This document shows, in pieces, positions 1 to 6,455 of a stretch of DNA of 13,083 nt. Source of the DNA: Candidatus Bathyarchaeia archaeon. GTDB taxonomy: Archaea; Thermoproteota; Bathyarchaeia; Bathyarchaeales; Bathycorpusculaceae. Below the pieces are notes generated by a model. It made no database searches. It worked only from the letters and a program-made list of their open reading frames with translations, and was not told where the DNA came from. The stretch is from NCBI GenBank assembly GCA_038883795.1, contig JAVZLK010000017.1, positions 19,566 to 32,648 of the forward strand. The letters run 5' to 3'. Both the position numbers and the translations under genes were made by a program. Numbering within the stretch: position 1 is the first letter of the stretch; every line of letters starts with the position of its first letter.

Positions 1-57
1 TTTCTGGAAAGCCCATATCAATCCACATTGTTATAGATGGTTATACCATATTTAAAA

Positions 58-375
58 GGCGGTGGGTCACTGAGGTTCGACATCCAGAATCCGCCCAACC
101 CCTCAAACCTACACTCGTACCCGCACCCCCTCGAGCGCTAAACGTCCAGACTTAGGTTGCTCCCTCCCGGGCCTGGCCAGGTTCACCTGGTAAACGCCGG
201 AGACAGCTTCCCTACGGAAGCAGCCCAGCGACCGCCAGCCCCAAGGGACGGGTAGTCTTTGTTTCGGAGTGAAGGGTTTAGGCGGCCATGGACGCCTCAG
301 CCTCAGCTTTCGGCCCGTCCTATAGAGGGTTTACGGTACAGGGGACCCCTAGCCCCCCGCCTAAGACCCACCGCC
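58..375 (-). ncRNA. ffs: Archaeal signal recognition particle RNA (7S/SRP RNA)
   Basis: GC-rich 318-nt island closed by a perfect 11-bp terminal helix (GGCGGTGGGTC at 58-68 with GACCCACCGCC at 365-375). The minus strand at 176-155 reads CCAGGCCCGGGAGGGAGCAACC, the SRP54-binding helix 8 motif. The 5' end GGCGGGGGGCTAGGGGTCCCCTGTA resembles the archaeal Alu domain. Confidence 0.96.
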
Positions 376-400
376 GAAACATTCATGAGCAAAACAAAAC

Positions 401-416
401 CTATAAAACTTTACCT
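401..416 (-). promoter_or_regulatory. BRE/TATA promoter of the SRP RNA
   Basis: The minus strand reads GGTAAAG-TTTTATAG, a purine-rich BRE followed by a TATA box about 27-33 nt upstream of the RNA 5' end at 375. Confidence 0.65.
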
Positions 417-460
417 CAAGGCTTTCATATGTAGTATTTTAAACTATCATTAGTGTGATG

Positions 461-820
461 TTAAATCATTAAAAATTCTATGGGTTTTAACTTTTTGGTT
501 ACTGGGTCAACTTGAAAACCTAAAGACTCCAAACTTGTTGCGCCAAGTATGGAAGTGTCTCCTTTTTCTCCGAAAATTACAGGCACAACCCTGCGCTTGC
601 CGCCATACTCGATTAAAGCTCATCCAATCTCCCTTTCAACAACCGCTCCTCCGTAAACTCTAAGCCTTTCACGGTCAACGGGCTTTAAACCTAAACTCTT
701 TAGAACCTCGCTGGGTATAGAAGTGAAAATGGCACCGCTATCCACCAATAAATCAACATCTTCTGACCTTGTGGGAGTTAGGGGATTAACCACTTTTACC
801 TTCACATACGTGAAACCCAT
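461..820 (-). pseudogene. Clan AA (retropepsin-like) aspartyl protease interrupted by one in-frame TGA at 622-620
   Basis: The N-terminal part has the LVDSGA catalytic motif. Translating past the TGA in the same frame gives ALIEYGGKRRVVPVIFGEKGDTSILGATSLESLGFQVDPVTKKLKPIEFLMI, ending at TAA 463-461. This includes the ILG..LE.LG..VDP C-terminal motif of the family. The total is 119 codons. Confidence 0.85.
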
Positions 821-833
821 TGTTAAACCTAAA

Positions 834-856
834 TAAAGTAATCCTAAATTACTTTA
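834..856. repeat. Perfect 9-bp inverted repeat TAAAGTAAT-N5-ATTACTTTA, possible operator
   Basis: Seen directly in the sequence. It lies 14 nt upstream of the protease ATG and overlaps a TTTAAA TATA-like box at 853-858. Confidence 0.55.
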
Positions 857-889
857 AATACTTTGACATTTTCTGCAAGAAAAGAAAGG

Positions 890-1219
890 TTACGGATTAG
901 TGCCGAGGCTTTTGTCCAACCATTCTAAATAAGCATTAGAGCCTCTAACTAATGATAAAGCAATGATTTCTGGAACCTCATAACTGTGTAATGCCTTAAC
1001 TCTCTGTGAAAGTTTATCAAAACAGTCCAAGCGGGATTTCATCAGGAGAATGCACTCTTCTGTCTTTTCGATTTTTTCATGCCACCAAAAAAGCGAATTT
1101 ACTGGACCGATTATGTTGGCGCATGCAATCAGTCTTTCCTCAAGCAAAGCCTTAGAAATTTTTTCCGCTTCTTCCCTGTTTGCAGTTGTTACTAAAACAA
1201 TTACGTAATCTTTTTCCAA
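890..1219 (-). CDS. cutA: Divalent-cation tolerance protein CutA
   Basis: 109 aa with CutA motifs LLEERLIACANI, SLFWW and HSYEVPEII. Confidence 0.95.
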   Translation of the reverse strand: MEKDYVIVLVTTANREEAEKISKALLEERLIACANIIGPVNSLFWWHEKIEKTEECILLMKSRLDCFDKLSQRVKALHSYEVPEIIALSLVRGSNAYLEWLDKSLGTNP

Positions 1220-1312
1220 ACGTCTTCACCCTACAAAAGCATTTGTAAGATAGGGCAAATTATTTTTGCCTTACCAACAAATTGTGTTTAAAGCTGTTCT
1301 AAATTTGGAGAT

Positions 1313-2284
1313 GTGTGGGATTTGAAAAGGATAGGTGTTGTTACGAGTGGTGGAGATGCGCCTGGAATGAATGCTGCTATCCGCGCCATTGTGCGCATCG
1401 CGTATGCGAATGGTTTAAGGGTTTTTGGTTTTGAAAGGGGATGGGAAGGCTTGTTAACGAACAATTTTGTGGAGCTTAATCCTCGCTCGGTGGGCGGCAT
1501 AATCCAGTTGGGAGGCACCATCCTCCGCACTTCAAGATGTCCACAATTTAGGAGGAAAGAAGGGTTAAAGAAGGCTGCTGAAACTCTCGCACTAAACAAG
1601 GTTGACGGTTTGATTGTTATTGGCGGCAACGGCTCCTTTAAAGGCGCTTTAGAATTAAGCAGACAAACGGAAACGCTAATAATTGGGGTTCCAGCAACCA
1701 TAGACAATGATGTTTATGGCACAGAAGAAACAATAGGTTTCGACACGGCAGTGAACACGGCGGTTTCCGAAATTGACAAAATTCGAGACACAGCCATATC
1801 CCACGAAAGAATTTTCATAGTTGAAGTTATGGGAAGAAAAAGAGGATTCCTTGCAGCAACTGTAGGCTTAACTGTGGGGGCAGAGGTAATTTTGGTTCCA
1901 GAAGAAAAACTGAGCCTAGAGGAAATTTTTAAGGTTATCAAAGAAAACAGTGCAAAAGGGAAACGTTCAGGCGTAATCGTGGCAGCAGAAGGCGTCGGCG
2001 ACACACACAAAATTGCAAAGGAAATCCAGAGGCATACGGGCGCAGAAGTCAGACTCAGCATTTTGGGCTATGCGCAAAGGGGCGGAAACCCCACAGCGAG
2101 AAGCAGACTTCTAGCCAGTCTCTTCGCAAACCACGCAGTTGAACTTTTATTGAAGGAAAAGGGAAGCAGAATTGTTGGGTTGCAAAATGGAAAAATCACA
2201 AGTATAGAGCTTAAGGAGTCATGCAGTAAAGAAAAGCCTTTGGATTTAAGGCTTCTGAAATTGGCTAGGGTTCTTGCAACCTAA
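1313..2284 (+). CDS. pfkA: ATP-dependent 6-phosphofructokinase (PfkA family). The start may be TTG at 1322 (MKRIGV).
   Basis: Motifs TSGGDAPGMN, GGTIL.TSR, PATIDND, EVMGR and QRGG. Gly at the E. coli 104 equivalent (GGNGS) and no Lys at 124 indicate the ATP type. Confidence 0.93.
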   Translation: MWDLKRIGVVTSGGDAPGMNAAIRAIVRIAYANGLRVFGFERGWEGLLTNNFVELNPRSVGGIIQLGGTILRTSRCPQFRRKEGLKKAAETLALNKVDGLIVIGGNGSFKGALELSRQTETLIIGVPATIDNDVYGTEETIGFDTAVNTAVSEIDKIRDTAISHERIFIVEVMGRKRGFLAATVGLTVGAEVILVPEEKLSLEEIFKVIKENSAKGKRSGVIVAAEGVGDTHKIAKEIQRHTGAEVRLSILGYAQRGGNPTARSRLLASLFANHAVELLLKEKGSRIVGLQNGKITSIELKESCSKEKPLDLRLLKLARVLAT

Positions 2285-2288
2285 TGGC

Positions 2289-3317
2289 TTAACCAAAGAA
2301 AACTTTTGCTATTTCATAAAGCCCCAAGTCAACGGTTTTCCTTTTTCCAACCACATCTTTCAAAGGAACGGAAACAATTTTGTTTCCTTGAATGGCAACC
2401 ATATGTCCAAACCTTCCCTCAGCTATAAGGTCCACTGCGGCTATGCCAAAGCGTGTGGCTAAAATTCTATCGAAGGCTGTTGGCGAACCGCCCCGCTGGA
2501 TGTGCCCCAAAACCACAACGCGGGTTTCGATGTTTAGGCGTTTTTCAATTTCTTTTCCAAGGTAATAGCCGATTCCGCCGAGGCGTATGTGTCCAAACTC
2601 GTCGATGGTTTCGCTGTAAACAATTTCTTTTCCACCTTTTGGTTTGGCGCCTTCAGCTACGACGATTATGCTGAAGTTTCGTCCCCTCTCGTGTCTGCGT
2701 TTAATGTATTCGCAAACCTCATCAACATCAAAGGGTTTTTCAGGTATCAGTATGACATCTGCGCCCCCTGCAATTCCAGCCTCTAATGCTATCCAGCCAG
2801 TATAGCGTCCCATGACTTCGAGGATCATGACTCTGCGGTGGGTTTCTGCTGTTGTGTGAAGCCTATCAAGGGCTTCTGTGGCTATGGATACGGCTGTGTT
2901 AAAGCCAAAAGTGTAATCTGTGCCGCTTAAGTCGTTGTCTATTGTTTTTGGGACGCCAACGCATTTTAGTCCAAAATCAGCCATTTTATGGGCTACGCTT
3001 AAAGTGTCATCACCGCCGATAACAACAACGGCGCCTATTTTGGCTTTTTCAGCGTTTTCCATTATTTTTTGAGGTCCGTTTTCGTGTTTGAATGGGTTTG
3101 TGCGGGACGTACCTAAAATGGAGCCTCCTCTGGGAAGAATTCCAGAAACAGACTTTAAGTCTAATGGTAGAAAATCGCCTTCGAGGAGTCCGCGCCATCC
3201 ATCCTTTATGCCCACAATTTCGTAGCTATACTGCTGGATTCCTTTTCTTACAACTGCTCTGATGACAGCGTTTATTCCTGGAGCGTCTCCGCCTCCGCTT
3301 AATATTCCAACTTTCAT
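2289..3317 (-). CDS. pfp: PfkA-family phosphofructokinase, PPi-dependent type (group III), 342 aa
   Basis: Motifs GGGDAPG, GGDDT (Asp104) and PKTIDND (Lys124), which are the PPi-specificity residues, plus EVMGR and GHIQRGG. The start is moved to ATG 3317 because GGAGGAG lies just upstream and the longer ORF overlaps fba. Confidence 0.88.
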   Translation of the reverse strand: MKVGILSGGGDAPGINAVIRAVVRKGIQQYSYEIVGIKDGWRGLLEGDFLPLDLKSVSGILPRGGSILGTSRTNPFKHENGPQKIMENAEKAKIGAVVVIGGDDTLSVAHKMADFGLKCVGVPKTIDNDLSGTDYTFGFNTAVSIATEALDRLHTTAETHRRVMILEVMGRYTGWIALEAGIAGGADVILIPEKPFDVDEVCEYIKRRHERGRNFSIIVVAEGAKPKGGKEIVYSETIDEFGHIRLGGIGYYLGKEIEKRLNIETRVVVLGHIQRGGSPTAFDRILATRFGIAAVDLIAEGRFGHMVAIQGNKIVSVPLKDVVGKRKTVDLGLYEIAKVFFG

Positions 3318-3330
3318 TTTTCTCTCCTCC

Positions 3331-4248
3331 TTAGGCTTTTCCTGAACTTCCAAATAATCGCATCTTTCCTTTAACAACTTCTTTCATGGCTTCTTTTGCT
3401 GGACCCAAAATTTTTCTTGGGTCGAATTCTTTTGGCGTTTTTGTTAGGACTTCGCGTATTGTGGCTGTGAAGGCTAGGCGTAGGTCTGTGTCTATGTTTA
3501 TTTTTGTTATGCCAAGCGATATAGCCTTTTTAATGTGGTTTTCTGGTATGCCCCTTGCGCCTGCAAGTTCTGCGCCGTATTTTTGGGCTTTTTCAATCAT
3601 CCATTGGGGGACGCTTGAGGCTCCATGAAGAACCAGTGGCACTTCAACTTTTTTGCTTATGTTTTTTAATCTTTCAAAGTCAAGTTTTGGTTCTCCTTTG
3701 AATTTGTAAGCTCCGTGAGAAGTGCCAATGGCTACTGCAAGGGCATCAACACCTGTTTGCCTAACAAATTCTTTAGCTGCTTCAGGATCCGTTAAGACGG
3801 CTTCTTTCTCCTCAACAGTTTTTTCTTCCACACCCGCGAGCCTTCCCAGTTCGGCTTCTACTGAAACTCCTTTTCTATGGGCGAATTCAACGACACGCTT
3901 TGTAAGAGCGATGTTTTCTTCAAATTTTAGGAAGGAGCCGTCAATCATGACTGAGGTGAATCCAGCTTCGATGCATTGCTTAACTATTTCGAAGTCTTCG
4001 CCATGGTCGAGGTGGAGAGAAATGGGTATTGGGATGGTTTCGGCGGCTGTTTTTACCATTTTTGATAGGTAAGCGAGACCGCCGTATTTTATGGCGCTCG
4101 GCGTAATAGCAACTATTACTGGGGATTTTTCTTCGGCAGCGGCTTCCACAACTGCCAATAGGCTTTCGAGGTTTTGGATGTTGAAGGCGCCTACAGCATA
4201 AGCCCCACGTTTAGCTTGTAATAATAAGTCTTTGTTCGTGACAAGCAT
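3331..4248 (-). CDS. fba: Class II fructose-1,6-bisphosphate aldolase
   Basis: Metal-binding and catalytic motifs LHLDHG, SVMIDGS, VEAELG, GTSHGAYK, LVLHGAS and KINIDTD. It ends 13 nt upstream of the PPi-PFK start, so they probably form an operon. Confidence 0.95.
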   Translation of the reverse strand: MLVTNKDLLLQAKRGAYAVGAFNIQNLESLLAVVEAAAEEKSPVIVAITPSAIKYGGLAYLSKMVKTAAETIPIPISLHLDHGEDFEIVKQCIEAGFTSVMIDGSFLKFEENIALTKRVVEFAHRKGVSVEAELGRLAGVEEKTVEEKEAVLTDPEAAKEFVRQTGVDALAVAIGTSHGAYKFKGEPKLDFERLKNISKKVEVPLVLHGASSVPQWMIEKAQKYGAELAGARGIPENHIKKAISLGITKINIDTDLRLAFTATIREVLTKTPKEFDPRKILGPAKEAMKEVVKGKMRLFGSSGKA

Positions 4249-4283
4249 GCTTTTTCACTGCGGATTGATATTAATTGTGGGTT

Positions 4284-4299
4284 AATATAAATGATTTAC
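4284..4299 (-). promoter_or_regulatory. Putative TATA promoter of the fba-pfp operon
   Basis: The minus strand reads GTAAATCA-TTTATATT about 36-43 nt upstream of the fba ATG, in an AT-rich intergenic region. Confidence 0.45.
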
Positions 4300-4342
4300 A
4301 TAATTTGAAACATGATTGCATATCTGTAGTTTAAATTTGAAT

Positions 4343-4801
4343 TTAGTGGGTTTTGCTTAGGAAGATGAATGATGCTACTGCGATTATGCAGACAACCGCG
4401 ATGATTATTGTTAGGAAGAGCATTTGGGGCATGCCAAAAATATAGTGCTCAATTTCATAGTCTAAAGTCACAAGTTTGTCCACGGAAGAGCCAAAATTAG
4501 AGAAACGCAAAATGTAGTTGCCTTCTAAATCGCAAACAAAAGTGTAATGGAAATAGCCTGTTTCCCCAAAATCTCTTTCGGTGCTGTTCGGATATGTCAA
4601 AATGAAATGGATGGCGTTTTCACCTCCAAGAACTATGAAGTGGATGAGAATGTGGTCTTCAATTTTAAGCTGCAAAACCTTTGTTACTTCTTGGTTGCCA
4701 GGTACAGTGAAGCTTGTTGAAGTTGCTTTTGCTAATTGAATAATAAAAGTTAAGGCTATAATTAAAATTAGAAGGGTATATTTGTTCCGATTTGGAATCA
4801 T
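4343..4801 (-). CDS. emp24/gp25L/p24 (GOLD domain)-like type I membrane protein
   Basis: N-terminal signal peptide (AKA cleavage-like site), a beta-rich domain ending GNYILRFSNFGSSVDKLVTL that matches the p24 GOLD pattern G-Y-x-x-x-F-S-N...K-x-V, a C-terminal transmembrane helix and a very short tail. Confidence 0.7.
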   Translation of the reverse strand: MIPNRNKYTLLILIIALTFIIQLAKATSTSFTVPGNQEVTKVLQLKIEDHILIHFIVLGGENAIHFILTYPNSTERDFGETGYFHYTFVCDLEGNYILRFSNFGSSVDKLVTLDYEIEHYIFGMPQMLFLTIIIAVVCIIAVASFIFLSKTH

Positions 4802-4880
4802 AAGAACTTTTGAAGCAGCAAAGCCGATAACTGTTGTGAAATCAAAATATGGAAGAGGAATACGGATTCACCTTCTATAT

Positions 4881-5429
4881 TTAAAGGGTTGTTTTGGATT
4901 TTCCAAATTCTTCAAAACTCACAATATGTTCTAGCTTTTTCCTTTTTCGAATTAGGTGGAGCATTTTGCCTTGAAGGTCGAATTTTTCCCGTGGATAGCC
5001 AACCGCCAATAAGGCGACGATTCGGTAGTTTTTTGGAATTTTAAGAAGCTCCTTAACGGATTCTTCGTCAAAGTCTCCAATCCAGCATGTTCCGAGTCCT
5101 TCGCTTGTGGCTGTTAAGACCATGTTTTGCATGGCTATGGCAACATCAACTATATACCATTTTGGCGAAGTTTTGGCGTCTCCGCACCCAACAATGACTA
5201 ATGGGGCTTCTTTAAGAAAACGGGCGAACATCCTATTTTCGGCGATTCTTCGCCTTTTTTCATAATCTGTTACGACAACGAAATGCCATGGCTGAATGTT
5301 GCCAGCTGAAGGCGCCAACCTTGCCGCTTCAAGAATTTTTACAAGCTTTTCTTTAGGTATAGGGGTTGGAGCATAGGCGCGAACGGAATGTCTCCTTCGA
5401 ACAGCTTCAAACACATCCACGGAGGACAC
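4881..5429 (-). CDS. Nitroreductase family flavoprotein. The start may be GTG at 5420.
   Basis: Motifs RHSVRAY, AARLAPSAGNIQPWHFVVV, GLGTCWIG and LAVGYP. Confidence 0.93.
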   Translation of the reverse strand: MSSVDVFEAVRRRHSVRAYAPTPIPKEKLVKILEAARLAPSAGNIQPWHFVVVTDYEKRRRIAENRMFARFLKEAPLVIVGCGDAKTSPKWYIVDVAIAMQNMVLTATSEGLGTCWIGDFDEESVKELLKIPKNYRIVALLAVGYPREKFDLQGKMLHLIRKRKKLEHIVSFEEFGKSKTTL

Positions 5430-5449
5430 CGTTTGAAGGGGGAGCTAAA

Positions 5450-6394
5450 GTGGCGCGGGGTGCGGGATTTGAACCCGCGCGGCCGTTACCGACCACAGGC
5501 TTAGCAGTAGCCTCTTTTGGCGAAAGCGGTGAGAAAAAGGCTTCTTTTGTTGATTTCGGTGTTGTTCGTGAAGATTTTATTGCGTGGCTTAGGCATCGTG
5601 GGATTACTGAGGGGCATAGGAAGGCTATTGTTAGGTATTTGGTGAAGTTTGGTAAGCCTATTAGGGAGCCTATGGATGTTGTTAGGGTTTTTGAGGGTTT
5701 GAGTGTGGGTCAGAGGCATCAGATGATTAGGGCTGTTAGGAATTTGTTTAATTTCTATGAGTGTCAGGGTTTGGCGGATAAGGCTTGGCTTGACGTTTTG
5801 CGTAAAAACGTTCCCAGAGAGGAGATTGGTGTTGATCTTTGGATTCCCAGCGAGGAGGATATTGTCAGGTCTCTGAGGGTTTTTGGCGGGGCTGATAGGT
5901 ACAGGAGCTATTTTGCTGTCTACAATTTCATATTGGACAGTGGTTTGCGGTTTACTGAGGCTATGCGTTTCCTCGGCGATTTCTGGAATGGCAAGGTTGA
6001 AGGTCAGCTTGAGCCTTGCGATGGCTTTTATGTGGCGCCTTTGGGCTACATGCGAAAAAGCAAGTTCGCCTACTACGCCTTTTTCACAGAATACACATTG
6101 AAGCTTTTGAAAAGCGTGGAAAAGATAACTTATGAGTCTGCTAAAGGAAATGTACGTAAACGCCTTGGGAAAGATATAATCGCGTATAAATACTTGCGGA
6201 AATTTGCCTTTGACGTTATGACTGATGAAAGGCTTAACATTCCAGAAAGCGTAGCCGACTTTATTCAGGGACGCACACCAAAAAGCATAGGAGCAAGACA
6301 CTACATGAAACTGAAGCGCAAAGCTGTACATTTCTATCCAAGATATGCAGAATACGTTACACAATTAAGGCGAAGAGCTGGATTAAAAGTCTAA
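5450..6394 (+). CDS. int: SSV1/pTN3-type archaeal tyrosine integrase, C-terminal fragment Int(C) split at the att site
   Basis: Catalytic pattern SGLR..EA, K, YKYLRKF, FIQGR and RHY. The first residues VARGAGFEPARPLPTTGLA are the antisense translation of the tRNA fragment. The ORF-track start at 5366 lies inside the host nitroreductase gene and is unlikely. Confidence 0.9.
   Translation: MARGAGFEPARPLPTTGLAVASFGESGEKKASFVDFGVVREDFIAWLRHRGITEGHRKAIVRYLVKFGKPIREPMDVVRVFEGLSVGQRHQMIRAVRNLFNFYECQGLADKAWLDVLRKNVPREEIGVDLWIPSEEDIVRSLRVFGGADRYRSYFAVYNFILDSGLRFTEAMRFLGDFWNGKVEGQLEPCDGFYVAPLGYMRKSKFAYYAFFTEYTLKLLKSVEKITYESAKGNVRKRLGKDIIAYKYLRKFAFDVMTDERLNIPESVADFIQGRTPKSIGARHYMKLKRKAVHFYPRYAEYVTQLRRRAGLKV
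5451..5507 (-). tRNA. 3' fragment of tRNA-Ser(GCT), the proviral att site. Not a complete tRNA gene.
   Basis: The minus strand reads CT-GCT-AA (anticodon loop), GCCTG, a long variable arm TGGTCGGTAACGGCCG, the T arm GCGGGTTCAAATCCCGC, the acceptor strand ACCCCGC, discriminator G and CCA. No D arm or 5' acceptor strand (GCGGGGT) is found upstream. Confidence 0.9.
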
Positions 6395-6452
6395 ACTTTC
6401 CCTTTCCCCTCTTTTTACCCTCACTTTTCTCTATTTTCGCAAATTTTTTTTA
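6395..6452 (+). terminator. Pyrimidine/oligo-T tract after the integrase, putative archaeal terminator
   Basis: Nearly all C/T directly after the stop codon, with T5 and T8 runs. Confidence 0.45.
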
Positions 6453-6455
6453 TCT

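Noticed and set aside
1-16. Possible minus-strand gene start MGFPE, with a TTTTAAAT box at 57-50
   Set aside because: Only five codons are in the window, too little to call.
259-453. 64-aa plus-strand ORF
   Set aside because: It is antisense to the SRP RNA and its promoter, with no protein-like features.
3318-3377. 20-aa N-terminal extension of the PPi-PFK
   Set aside because: It overlaps fba. ATG 3317 has a strong SD sequence and matches the family N-terminus.
5366-5449. N-terminal extension of the integrase given by the ORF track
   Set aside because: It is host sequence outside the att site and mostly antisense to the nitroreductase.
5451-5560. Complete or intron-containing tRNA-Ser
   Set aside because: No 5' acceptor strand, D arm or bulge-helix-bulge motif is seen upstream of the anticodon loop. 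The sequence there is integrase coding.
5501-6364. 287-aa antisense ORF over the integrase
   Set aside because: It has no recognisable motifs and is best explained as a shadow of the integrase's biased codon usage.
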